Assembly: GCF_036321535.1 (NCBI RefSeq)
Contig: NC_087436.1
Span: forward strand, 8,866,001-8,930,000
DNA from: Camelus dromedarius
Lineage: Eukaryota
Reading direction: 5' to 3'
DNA: 64,000 nucleotides
Shown here: positions 1 to 12,393 of the stretch, one piece after another
Layout of the letters: each line of letters opens with the position of its first letter
How positions within the stretch are numbered: position 1 is the first letter of the stretch
Made by a program: the position numbers and the translations under genes
Notes under the pieces: model-generated
Database searches by the model: none
What the model saw: the letters and a program-made list of their open reading frames with translations, nothing else
Told to the model about the DNA's origin: nothing

Positions 1-339
1 TGCTGTTCCTCATATTTCCCAAGGAAGGTCACTGATTTTCCTCTACTGTCAAAGACTGGGCTAGACCTGGCACTTCTAGTGAAGTAACTCTTGGTCAAAA
101 GGGATTGTTTTAGGCAGAAGAATTTTGTTAAATACAATCCAGGGTAAATTGGTGTTATATTAATTGGTGAACATAAGACAGAGCTATCATTTACCTGGTG
201 AGGATGGTCAGGAAGTCTAGATAAACAGGTAATTCAGACCCCAAAGACGATTGTTGGCACAGCTTAAAGTAGTTTTCAAGGTATACTGAATGAGAAAATA
301 GCACCCTCAGAAAAAGAAGGTATTCACCTTTGTTTCACA

Positions 340-492
340 TTCCAGTCACCTCAGGAGCATTAAAACAGGTGCTGTCTGGGCCTCATCCTCAGAAGTCCTG
401 ACTTAAATGATCGGTGGTAGGGCCTGGACATCGGTATTTTTAAGGGCACTTTAGGAGATTCATATGTGCAGCCAAGGTGTTAAACCATGATT
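340..492. mobile_element. MER5-family (hAT-Charlie) DNA transposon remnant
   Basis: Resembles recalled MER5A/B consensus: ctgggcctcatcctcag...gggcctggacatcggtatttttaag...gattcatatgtgcagccaagg. Confidence 0.7.
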
Positions 493-1224
493 TCAGAGTT
501 TAAATAAAGTAGATTAAAAATCACATCACTATTAGGGGGAAAACTGAGATGATGTTAGATCAGGTAGACCTAGTAGATTAAGCAAGGGAACAGTTCCTTG
601 AGCATCCAGGGCTCCCTGTGATTTGTGTGTGTTGCAGTAATTGTAAATCTGAGTTAGATTAGTGGAGCTGAAGAAAAATATACTTTTTCAATGAATTGCA
701 TTCCAAGTCTCATCCACTTTCCATGTCCAGTTTAGGGGCAATCTAGGCAATATCCCCAGTCCTCAAATTCAGAAACACAGAAGCCTAATTTTCTTTCTCC
801 CTTTAAACTTCTACAATGCTTTATCTGAATCACACTTATTTTCTTCCCATGAGCCTCATTTTACTTCTTAATTTTTAAACATGTTTTTCTCCCCTGTTCT
901 TTTGGACTATGATATGCTGATAATAAGGACCATCTATGATTCATTTTTGAATCATCTACAGGTTCTTGAACCGGGTTTTACATATAATAAAATTTCACTA
1001 CATTGTCATAAAATAAAAAGACCAATACAAAAAAATGTTTCACCTTGTACTATTTTTCCACTGTGTGCATACAATTTGTAAGATTTACTTATGTATAATT
1101 TGGGGAGTGTGGTGTGGCATGAGAAGTCATGACAAAGATATTGCTATCATATAAATTATCTTAACCTTAAAATCTGATATTCTCTTTCTTTTAATTGTTG
1201 GATTAGCCCATTTATATTCATTAT

Positions 1225-1580
1225 TGTTATAGTCTAAATGCATCACTTCAAAATGTATATGCTGAAATCCTAGTGCCTAATGTGATCGTATTAGGAGGTG
1301 GGGCCTTTGGAGTGATTAAGTCATGAGGGTAGGACTCTTATAAATGGGATTACTGCTCTTATAAAAGAGAACCTACAGAAATCCCTAACTGTTTCTGCCC
1401 TGTGAGGACATAGTGAAAAGACAGCTGTTTATGACCAGGAAACCCTCACCAGACACTAAATCTGCCCCTGCCAGGATCTTGAACTTCCTAGCTTCCAGAG
1501 CTGTAAGAAGTAAATGTTTGTTGTTTATAATCCACTCAGTCTGTGATATTTTGTTATAGTAGCCTGAATGGACTAGGACA
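1225..1580 (+). mobile_element. MLT1A-type ERVL-MaLR solo LTR
   Basis: TG...CA termini (tgttatagtctaaatg...gactaggaca); MLT1A motifs (aggtggggcctttgg, ccctcaccagacac); perfect 5-bp TSD ATTAT at 1220-1224 and 1581-1585. Confidence 0.92.
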
Positions 1581-2110
1581 ATTATGATGATTGATATCTT
1601 TGGACTTGTTTCTATAACCTTTCTTTGTGCTCACTATTGTCTTGTTTTTATATTTTTTTTTTGATACAGTGTATTTATTTGTTTTCTTTTTATTTCATCA
1701 TTTTCCTGTTACAGATTTGGAATTTATATGCTTTTCCCCCTTATTTTAGTGCTAGCTCTGGGTATTTTATCATATATGTTTATTGTAGAAATATCTTTTA
1801 TTCTTTCCCATGCCTTTGGGAAATTTATTTAAAATTCTTTTCATTAATGGCCCAACTCTTTTATGGGATTATTATTTTCCTCTCATTTAATTGGAGTCTC
1901 CAGGAGGTAAGGAGAAATGCTTAACCTCAGCTGGCTTTCTTCCACTCTGCCTTCCTAAGGTCAGTTGTATTTTTCCATCCCTGCTAATAGTAGGTAAATT
2001 AACTCAGGGCTCCTTCATCATTCATCTGATTGTAGCATTTGTTTCCTAACTGCTTTACTTTTAACTCTTTGTGCTTTCAGTCTTGCCAACCTCAATCTAA
2101 TTGAACTTAC

Positions 2111-2355
2111 CTGTACATTAATATTTTCAGGTGTTTTTTCGGCTTTAAACCTTTCAATGGCTTACCATTCCTTTCTATAGTGAGTTCAAACAGAAACATG
2201 TGATGCTGTCCTGCAGTCTTCACGAACTCTATTTCTAGTGTAGTTACTGTGGATAGTTTGAAATTTCTGAGAGCTGATTGCCTACTGGCCTGTCTATTTC
2301 TTTTAGCTAAGATTTCATACTGTCTATTCAGCAGGGTCATGGTGCAAAAAGCATA
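2111..2355 (-). other. Candidate spliced exon (245 nt), unknown transcript
   Basis: Minus strand reads gcgtcttcag|TATGCT...TGTACAG|gtaagt; one frame is open throughout; no recognised homologue. Confidence 0.3.
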
Positions 2356-3187
2356 CTGAAGACGCACAGTAAGCATTATGTTACACACAAACTGTTTAAA
2401 TGTCCATACACATCTTAAATTATTACAAATCGAGAACTATACCATTCTGGGAACAGCTTAATGATATCCAGTACAGCACTTAACTTTCCTAGAGCAGTTT
2501 TTTTTTTTAGGTTAATTTGGTTTTAATCAGGTAAAGTGTTACTTTTTACCACACTGGCAATATTAGCTTCTCTTATATGAAAATGACAAGTCTTCTCCAA
2601 AATTAGGAATTGAAATGAATATTCAGCCAAACAATTGATCCACTCTGATGATTATATTTCAATTATAAAGTACATGGAACACTAATAGAAAAGATGGATT
2701 TTAAAACAAAAGGTAAATTCTGTATGCTGTTTTATAAGTACTGTTTTTATTAAAGGATTTCAAACACATTTTTAAATGAATGCAATACTTTCAAGGATAA
2801 GAAATTACTTTTCTCATAAGTAGCAAAGTCTATTTGTTGCTTCACTAAGATGATATTTTTGAAGGTTTTTCTGTTGGAAATATTTCAATTATAAAGCTTC
2901 CAGGAATATTATAGTTGAATTAAAAATATAAAAGCAGTGCAAAACACATTAAGTTGAGATTTGGATTTCATTTTGACACTTGATGGTTATGTCCATTATA
3001 GATTATCAGTTAATAAACCCTCCAAGCAAAATATTTTACATTAGGCAAAGCGTCATGTCATCATCAAAGTCAAAGCTAAAACTCATATATTCCTCACTAT
3101 GTGTATCTCTAGATGCCATATATATATATGTATATATATAATATTAATCTATATGATTATAAAACTACATAATAGGGGAAATGCTAT

Positions 3188-3290
3188 TATCATTTTCCTA
3201 TTTGAGACCAGGGAACCATGGCACACAGAGGTTAACTAATTTAATCAGAGGGGCAGATTTAAGCAATGGTGGAAACGAACTCTGAATTTC
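3188..3290 (-). mobile_element. MIR SINE fragment
   Basis: Degenerate MIR core (gggaaccatggcacacagaggttaactaat). Confidence 0.55.
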
Positions 3291-3630
3291 ACGTAATCTA
3301 GCTAAGAACAGATACCACCACACAGCCTGCCCAGTGAGAGTGATTGACAGTAGATCATTACAACTAACAATCTCGATTACAGCCTCCTCTTCCACAAATG
3401 CTTCCTCTAGTCTATGAAATACAGAAACACATCTAAACAATGGAAAAGAAAAAAAATAGTCTTAGAGTCAAAATTTTATCAGCCCTTACCTAATATAGAT
3501 ATTTTGCTGGTTAGAATTTGCCAAGGGTTAAAAACAACAAACGATGGTCATAATCATTTTAAAAGTACTTAGCACTCATCAGAATACAGCAATTGAAAGC
3601 AATTTAAAGCTGTATTCCATTAGTCTATAC

Positions 3631-3778
3631 CAGTGGTCTCCTTTGTAGCCTAAACACAGGTTCTCAGCCCCAATCAGTATTTAATAAATCAGAAACTCTA
3701 GATATATGACCCAAAAATCTGTGTTTCAACAAGTTCTTCAGGTGATTCAGATGAACACTCACATTTGACAGACACTGG
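3631..3778. mobile_element. MER5A DNA transposon remnant
   Basis: aatcagaaactct...aatctgtgtttcaacaagttcttcaggtgattcagatg matches recalled MER5A. Confidence 0.75.
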
Positions 3779-4143
3779 ATTTTACTTACAACAGCATGAT
3801 CCAGTGAGAGCGTCCATTTAGAAACATAAAAAAAGAGTTTAAGTGCTTTAGAGATGAGCCAAGCCTAATTTCTAGTATGTTTGTTGTAATAATCTGAGTA
3901 CATAAAGGAAAAATGATGAAAATATTCAAACTTCTAAACTGTGTGAAATGGAAGGAAAAGTGGAAATTGCAGAGCTGGGGAGGGAGGTAGAATTTAGACA
4001 GACCAGAGACATAAGGGAAATTATGAAGGGCTGTGAAGTCCTTATAGTAAAATCTAATGACAGTTCAAAAAATGAACCCTAAATTAGCTTAGATATTGAG
4101 ATCACATATTATTAAATGACTATTCTCAGTTACCAAAAAAGGT

Positions 4144-4325
4144 GCCCAGGTTAAGAACCTAACTCCAATATACACCAGCTGTGAACATATGAGTGAATCA
4201 CTGGAACTTTCTATGCCATATTGTTCTTATTTAATATAGTGATATCAAAACCTAACTTGTGCATTTTTGAGAAGATTAAATTATGTTATATGTGAAGAGT
4301 TCACCACCATTTACGGCATGTAACT
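4144..4325 (+). mobile_element. MIR SINE fragment
   Basis: Degenerate MIR body and 3' part (cagctgtgaa...gagaagattaaat...atgtgaagag). Confidence 0.55.
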
Positions 4326-4689
4326 AACCCCCCTCATTAGATTCTCCTTTTAATATAAACAGAACTCATTGATGAGGGAGTCATGAGAGATCAAAGTACA
4401 ATACTGATACTCTGCTTACAGATGCTTGGGGTTAGGTATTAGGGATAGTAATTCAGTTTGAATATAGTATTTTATAATATTCTGATGTCTCCAAATGTAA
4501 AATATATGAAAAAAAAAGTTTTTTGGCTGAACTATTTTTATAGAGAAAGCAAAGAGATAATTGACTGAAATTGCTTTATTATCTATCCCCACTTGCCACT
4601 TGACATCTTGGTCATGTGGTCTATAATTTGGGTATAACTTGCTTGACTCCAAAATGGAATTATGGAAACAAGACCAAATCTATCCAAGA

Positions 4690-4932
4690 ATAACAGCAAC
4701 CAATCGTAACTGAATATTCACCGTGTTACCAGATCCAAAACTGAATATCTACATATTTAATCCCCACAACCATATTATGAGATAACTGTTATGCCTGTTT
4801 CATGGGTGGTGAACCATGGCATTAGGGTGTCGAATAAGTCTCCAAGAAAAGATCCAGTCAGTGAACACTGAAGCTGGGTTATAAAATCAGGCAGTTAAAC
4901 TCCAAAGTCTGTGTATTTAACCACCGTGCCGT
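4690..4932 (-). mobile_element. MIR SINE
   Basis: Reverse MIR: tttaatccccacaac...gaagctggg...caggcagttaaactccaaagtctgtg...ttaaccac. Confidence 0.7.
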
Positions 4933-5517
4933 GTTTCAAGCCACTTGAAATAAGGATGTTTACAAAGTAATAATGATTCGTAGCCATGATAGCAACTCAA
5001 ATATTGACATACCATTCAGGACATCTGTTCAAATTTAGATTTCCACCTCCTCCAGATGTAGTACATAGTGCCAGGGACAGGCTGAGATGAGAGTGGGCTG
5101 GCTGATTATTGAAATAGTGATGTCTCGTCTTAAAGAGCTAATTATACATTCCATTTTCATCACTGAAATAAAAATCCCTTTCCCATTTTCATTTCGCCTG
5201 TGTGTTTCTATGGTTTAATTTTCAGATGTAATCTCCAAGGACCTGAAAAACGTTGACCTATTATATTTAAGTAAATGCTTCATAAGAAAAAGCTTATGTT
5301 ACAAATCTTTTCCTCTCTCTAATGGTTAATTTCATTGAAAGGGATACATATAGGAAATAATACACAAACCAAGCCCAAACCAGAAAGAAATACTTCTTAA
5401 AGAAAAGACAGAGAGGAACATTTCCATATGACTCTGACTCCCTCCTTTACAATGAAGGCACTTGAACAAAGACACTGTCAGCAGCCTCCCCGCCCGGCCC
5501 GGCCAATTTCCACCTCT

Positions 5518-5622
5518 ACAACATTGTAAACTGATTATACTTCAATAAAAATATATTTAAATTTTTAAAAATAAATAAATAAACCTAATGACCCCCCCCA
5601 AAAACCCTCAAAAATTAAAAAG
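5518..5622 (+). mobile_element. Very short L1 3' terminus followed by a 5'-truncated Vic-1 SINE tail
   Basis: acaacattgtaaactgattatacttcaataaaa is the L1 end. aataaataaataaacctaatgacccccc matches the tail of the other SINE copies here and is flanked by aaatttt(t)aaaa repeats. Confidence 0.65.
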
Positions 5623-7285
5623 AAATTTTAAAAAATATTTATGTCAAAGGACATTACAGAGCCTTCATGTGAACTACATTTAAATTGTAAAATAATCTTT
5701 TAAAAAAAGAAAATCTTCCTCTGGTGGCCAGATGGAAATGAATATACAAAGACCATCCTTTTTTTTTTTTTTCTCAGTTGGGATAGAATTGCCCTGATTT
5801 CTTTACCTCTCAAGTAATACTACCTTTCAACTTAATTTTTGTTGGGATAAAACTTTGATAAATCAGCAACCCAAAGTGACTGAAATAGTCACTGGAAATT
5901 GAAGAAGTTAATTTCTATGAAGTTTCAGTCATGCTTTAAATCAGAAAATGTCATGAAAAATACGTTTTTAAAAAAATACAAGCAATAAACTGTATAAGCG
6001 TGGTTGTACTGGGTAGTTCTTCAGATAGAATAAATATCTTTAATATAAACAAATATTTTATTTAATTCTCATATGATCTCAAACAATCCCTGATAAAATA
6101 ACAGAATCATATTTTGAAATATGTTTTGGTCATATTTTTAAGTAGGTGATAAGTTTATCGTAGTTTATGTGAAAACATTGTTTAGTTTCTTTTGAGAGGA
6201 GTTTGGAAAAGCTAAGAACCATTAGAAAATAATGATAAATGACAGTGGATATGTTTCATTAAGCAGCTGCAGGGATTGGTATTAGATGGTGAAAAATGCT
6301 ATGCTTGTCACATTATGGAGATGAAAAATAAATAAAGCAGCATTTTTGCAGAACCAGTTTAAACATTAAAAAAAATCTTTTGTAAATATCTTAGTGTTTA
6401 GATTTTTGTTGTTCATGCATTTTCTGTAGGAGGGGAAGTGTTTCTGGGAGGACAAAAATGATGCATAAATTACATATTTCCTACTTGAACTATGTTATTC
6501 CTTCTTCTTAATCATTTTCATGGCTAGCGTGTAACAGAACTGGCAAATAGCAGGGGCACTATTTGGGTTTACGTATTCACTCAATGAACATTTGTTTTGT
6601 GGAGAAATGAAGGGGGCCTGAGAGTTTTTCTCACCGATATGTTTTCTGGGGTCTGGGATTTTCTTTAGAGGAAATGTCCTCAGAGAAATATGAGAAAGAA
6701 TCATTTCTGCAATATCAAGAGAGCTTTCTGTTTTATCCCTGAAGGGAGAGCAAAAATCCTCCCTGCCTTCCAGACCTTCCAGGGCTCAGGTTTCAAATCT
6801 CTCAGCCAGCACGGCATTCGGTTTTTAACACACTGTAATCAGAATTTTCAATATGACTGATACATTCTTGTGAAACTGTAGTTGAATATATCACTTTATT
6901 ACTGTGTCAGATAAATATTTATAAGTATCTTACCTAGCTAATACTGTATGTACAAAAATAATCAAAAAGCCTTTTGAGAAAAGTGCCTCTACGTAGCAGG
7001 CATTCCATCAAGTTGCTCCAACACCTGATGAGCTTTGACTGAAAAGGACGGAGGACAGATTAAAAAGATATTCCTGTTGCGCCTCTAGTACTAACACTCT
7101 CCCTTCTCCTCAGCAAAGAATCTGCAGGATGTGGCATTTTTTGAAGATCTTTCTCCTTATTCGCACAGGATTCAAAGATACAATCTTACTTTATGGTGAT
7201 ACTCAATCTAAGACAGGAATCAAATCACGCAGGCATCCGAAGGTCTCATATGTACACTTTCAAGAATATTTAGATAGTATGCTAT

Positions 7286-7958
7286 TCTCTTTTTTTTTTT
7301 TTACACTCTTGTCTTTTTTTTTTTATCAGAGTATAGTCAGTTTACAATGTTGCCAGAGAGAGAAAGAAAAAATCCATATGATATCGCTTACATGTGTGGA
7401 ATCTGAAAAAAAAAAAAAAAAAAAGACACCAATGGACTCTTCTACAAACCAGAAACAGACTCACAGACATATACAGAACAAACTTATGAGGGGAAGGTAG
7501 AGTGTGTGCTTAGCATGCATGAAGTCCTGGGTTCAATCCCCAGCACCTCCATCAAATAAATAAATAAATAATTACCTCCACACTGCCAAAAAAAAAGAAA
7601 AAACCTAAAGAAAAAAAAAAAAAAAAGATGGGATGTATTTACAATACCAGTAGCTATCCCATAAGCTTATTAAAAGGGTCAAATAAAAAGCAATCAGATG
7701 CAAAAAACAAACTCATGGTTACCAGTGGGAGAAGGGGGTGAGAAGGGATAAATTGGGGGGGGTGAGATTTGCTGATACTAACCACTATATACAAAATAGA
7801 TAAACAACAGGGTCCTACTGTACAGCACAGGGAACTATATTCAATATCTTGTGGTAACCTATAATGAAAAAGAATATGAAAATAAATGTGTGTATGTACG
7901 TGTATGAGACATTCCGTTGTGCACCAGAGATTGACACAACGTTGCAAACTGACTTGAC
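7286..7958 (-). mobile_element. Lineage L1 3' fragment with 5' inversion (twin-priming structure), interrupted by a SINE
   Basis: polyT plus reverse L1 terminus (7290-7352) joined to sense L1 3'UTR (7353-7958); degenerate TSD at 7270-7285 and 7959-7974. Confidence 0.8.
7489..7705 (+). mobile_element. Vic-1-type tRNA(Ala)-derived camelid SINE with extra 3' sequence
   Basis: gtagagtgtgtgcttagcatgcatgaagtcctgggttcaatccccagcacctcc, A-rich tail, TSD aacaaact(t/c)atg at 7477-7488 and 7706-7717. Confidence 0.88.
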
Positions 7959-9427
7959 TTAGACAGTGTGCTGTGTTTTACATATAAAGAAGACTATTTT
8001 GGTCAACCTTCAGGATTTTCTTTATTAGGAAAATAATGGATTCTCCCTTCACATGTGCTTGAAGACACAACCACGTGTTGGTTCTGTTATGTGGCTGAAG
8101 AGCTGCAGTTTTAGTCATAATATGCAAGAAAGTTAGCTGTCCTCCTTGTCCCAACGAGAGTTAATCATAGGACATTGATTATAACCGCCTTAAGTGTTTC
8201 TAAAGCCAGGTAATATAAAGATACTGTGTGTCTGTATGTCTCGATAATACTTTCTGGATCTAACACAGTGGACCCATTCATAATTTTCCAAACCAGAGGA
8301 CTCTGGCAAATGGCTAGAGAGGCGGCACAGTCAGAGAAAACGGTGTGGTATTTCCACTTGGCTCTGCTTCGCTCTCCATTCATCTGCTTAGGTAACAAGG
8401 GGTAATAAACTCCACCATACGAGCAGTTTTACTAAGCCGGTATGTTCCGTCCTTCCAAAGCCCATGACGTTAATTATCTTTATTAATAGATCAATACCTA
8501 GGATGCGCTGCTGTATATTAAGTAAAATTTAAAGGCTGGCAGGTGCTATCTCTCCCAGAGACTCTTTAATTCATGTACTGCTGCTGGTAGATCATGGGAG
8601 ACAAATAACACAAATGCTGTTATTGAAAAGAGGAACTCCATTCATATGTGGCTGGAAGGATTAAAAAAAAAATCATTCTGTTCCATCTCTAATGATGTCC
8701 ATGGCATTATTGAGCAGAAGGATGTGTCCCAAAATTCATACTTGAAGATAGCTGAGCTGAATATATTTTGTGACGACGGCTTGAAAATAGTTTTTGAAAC
8801 TTAATCATTCACTCACTGTGAGAAGTAATTTTTCTCCTATTATTTATGGCAAGAATCTACAGAGAGAAGTAAGGTATGAGACACGTATATTGAGCTTTGA
8901 GCTTTCCTGGTATCCTAGTGTTGAGTATATTTTATACTTGCTGGTTTACAAATTCCAAAAGAGAATTAATTTGCTGCTGTGTTGAAAAGCTGCATGAATT
9001 CTACATAAGGCATCCCCAAAATTACTTAAAACTTTATTCTATGTGAATGCTCAATGTTTATCACTGGCTTTGTGATTGATTAACTGGGTAAAATTAATCT
9101 TCTAGCTTAATGAGCTTCAGAGTCTTTCTTGAAATCTATCTAAAATGGACCCATATAAATAAAACATTGGAATTTAATAGGTTGTAACTTCTTGAAGAGA
9201 GATAATATACACTCTGTATGGCTCTTTAATATCTATGATCCTGTAAAACATTAATGATCAAATATTCTCTCATGATTCTTCATAATGGTCAGATTTTTAA
9301 AAATACTCAAAAACACTCATGGTGGTGAAGATCATTTTTGTTATATCTAGCAAGTTTGCATGAATGGATGCTTTTCTCCATGCAAAGATGGCGATAATAA
9401 TTTGTACAAAACTACAGTACTAATAGA

Positions 9428-9968
9428 TTTATTCGTTTCCAATTCCTGCCTCCACAACTAATTACTAACTTAGCCAGTTGAAAACAACTCAAATTTATTA
9501 TTCCACATTTTCTTGAGATGAGATGTCTGGGTCTAGAATAGTTCAGCTGGGCCCCCTGCTTTGAGTTTCTTCAGGCTTAAATCAGTGTCAGCTGGGCTGC
9601 ACTCCTGTCTAAAGGCTCTAGGAATAAATCTGCTCCCAAGATCCTGCAGGTTGTGGACCAAATTCAGTTCCTGAAATTGTAGGACTGAAGTTTCCTTGCT
9701 GTCACTCTTACCTCCAAAGGCCTCTCTGTGAATAGTACAGGGGGCCCCCTGCATCTCAGAACCAGCATGGGCACATCAAATCCTTCCTATCTTTCAAATT
9801 TCGCTGAAGCTCCCTTCTGCTGCTTCTCTCTGGCTTCAGTAGCTGTAAGCGCTCTGCTTTTAAGGGCCCTCGTGACTAGTTAACTAGTTAGCCCCAGAAC
9901 ATATTAACAGATTCCCTGGATTGGGATGTGGATATGTTTGGAGCTCGGGACAGTTTCTGACTACCACC
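9428..9968 (-). mobile_element. MLT1E/F-type MaLR LTR
   Basis: aaaacaactcaaatttattatt, aatcagtgtcagctgggctg, aattcagttcctg...ttgtaggactgaag, ending ctgactaccac. Confidence 0.8.
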
Positions 9969-10297
9969 GATTTTTTTCGGTTATTTTACATATCCCATTT
10001 TTTTCAATATTGAATTATTTCAATCACATTTTATTTTTAAACTCCAATAACTTATTGATGTCCACTGAAACAGTCATATGCCAAAATGTACATGAGCAGT
10101 TTCTCTTATTTTGTATAGAATTATCATTTTTCTTCAAAGTGAAAAACAGCTAACAGTTTCTGGATTTATGAGAAAATTCCTAAAAATATGTATGGATTTT
10201 TGTCCGTTAAAAAAAATGAATAGATAGTAAGGATTTGTGGACTGGCACAGATGGCTAGAGGGTTTTGAAGAGGTGTGTTTAATATAAATTTCAAAAA

Positions 10298-10635
10298 CTG
10301 GGCTTATATCCAGAGAAAAATGAAATTCAAAAAGACACCTGCACCCAATGTTCATAGCAGCACTATTTACAATAGCCAAGACATGGAAACAATCCAAATG
10401 TCCATCAACAGATGTCTGGATAAATAAAATGTGATATATATATATATATATATATATACAATGGAACACTACTCGGCCTTAAAAAAAGAATAAAAGAATG
10501 CCATTTGCAGCAATATGGATGGACCTGAAGACTGTCATTCAAAATGAAGTGGGCCAGAAAGAGAAAGAAAAATGCCATATGACATCATTTATATGAAGAA
10601 TCTAAAAAATAATAACAATAATAATAATGACATAA
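10298..10635 (+). mobile_element. L1 fragment (ORF2 end and proximal 3'UTR) with an internal (TA)n
   Basis: aaaagacacctgcacccaatgttcatagcagcactatttacaatagccaagacatggaaac. Confidence 0.9.
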
Positions 10636-11144
10636 GAGAACCAATTATTATTTTGATTTTTTGAACATGTGTAAACATATCTGACTGTCCTTTATGATTG
10701 GATTTCTGCATTCTGTTGTTTCTTATTTTGTAGTTGGCTTTATTCCTTTGATAACTATGTACGTTTAAAAAGCTAAAGATCAAATCTGTTCTTAGAAACA
10801 ATAATTAGTACATATATGAAAACTAAAAAAATGTGCAGTATGCTGTGTATATGTATTTACATGCAATATAATGTGAATGTGCAGTCGCACTGTAATACTT
10901 CTACACAATAAAATGGAAAAAAATATATAAATTTCAAAACTTGAATTCAGTTTCTTAATAGAGAGAAAGGTTAATTGTTTACTGGGTTAGGTACCAGAAG
11001 AGACTGGAACTGAAAACATAATCAATTATGAAGAGACTCTTAAGACATGTACAGTTTTGTGACATTATCTATATACGGAAATCTTAAGGTCCACTGACAC
11101 TGAGTTGGTCAAAGGAAGTTTCCAGAGGTCATTCCTGACCTTTA

Positions 11145-11325
11145 TAGTTTATAGACATTGCTTTGTGCACAATACTGTTTTAGCACTTTATACATATTAA
11201 CTCATTTCATCCTAAAAATCCCCACGAGGTAGGCATAATTATTAAATTACATTTTATAGATGAGTAAGTAGGCCAAGGAGAAGTTAGATTTACTCAAGTT
11301 GTACAATAAGTAATGGTAGCACTTG
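11145..11325 (-). mobile_element. MIR SINE
   Basis: gcactttatacatattaactcatttcatcct...gaggtagg...attttatagatgag. Confidence 0.75.
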
Positions 11326-12174
11326 GATAAACAAGCACTCTTAACATTAAGTTATGGAAATGTTTCTGTGGGTGAGTTTGTATATGCACACATTTCTCCC
11401 ATGGTTGGTCATAGAGTCCATCAAAGACTCAAACAGGGGCCAAGAGTAGTTGGAGGAAAACATGGACTGTGTCAATTCAAGTGAGGAGAGCTTGAAAAGA
11501 AAAAGTGCCCCACAGTGAAGGACAGATATTATGAGTCTAAGTAAGAAAAAGACTGAAAGTAGTTGACAGACATAACAAGATGCAGATTACTGATGACCTT
11601 AAAAATGTCTTGGAATCACGGGAGTAAAGCCAAGCTGAAGTTAGTTAGCACCTGAGTTGATTAAAGGCAGTAGAAACAGCTGAGAGTGTCTATGAATGGG
11701 ATTAAAAAAAGTTTAGTAGTCAAGACAGAGGAGTGCTCAATGGTGGCCTTATATATTTTATATTTCACAGACTAGACAGGCAGACATATGTTAAACAAAT
11801 TAACATGTTTGATTTTTAATTGGAAGAAGAGTAGAAGAAATGAAAGTTAAAAAGGGATACTGTAAGCTTGCACACAGGTACAAAAAGTATCCATGGGTTG
11901 GAGGAATCTTTTCCACAATAATAGGAGGCAATTAGAAGCAATGGATCTTGATACAGGGTAATCCACTGGTTTATAGGCATAAAATTGATGATAATGATGT
12001 TCACTCTGAATGATGAATCAAGGCCATTTACTAAGACTGTCTGAAGAAAATGGAGATAATTTGACAGTTGCCATGGAATACGAAGACAGAGATGACTTGG
12101 AAAATGTAGAAGCGTTGCTGTTGGGGCTGAATTTGTGACTGCAATATTTTGTGAGATCTGTGGTACTGTCCAGG

Positions 12175-12393
12175 CAGGGGTCAGCAGGCACGTCCCATCA
12201 AGGTCAGAGAGGAGGCATTTTAAGATTCGTGATCCATAGGTTTCTGTAGCAACTACTCAATTATTGTTTTAACATGAAAGCAACCACAGAAAATACATGA
12301 ATAAATGGGTAAGGCTGCGTTCTCAGAAAACATTATTTGCAAAAATACGTGGTGGGCTAGATTTAGCCCTCAAGCTGTAGTTGACAGACCTTG
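12175..12393 (+). mobile_element. MER58A (hAT-Charlie) near full length
   Basis: caggggtcagc...tctgtagcaactactcaa...gaaagcaaccacaga...gggctagatttagccc...gtagttgacagaccttg. Confidence 0.88.

Noticed and set aside
2157..2180. Peptide MAYHSFL, matching my recollection of the ARPC1B N-terminus
   Set aside because: It stops immediately (TAG) and no further similarity follows; chance match.
9875..9890. 14-bp palindrome actagttaactagt
   Set aside because: By-product of an 8-bp tandem duplication inside an MLT1 LTR.
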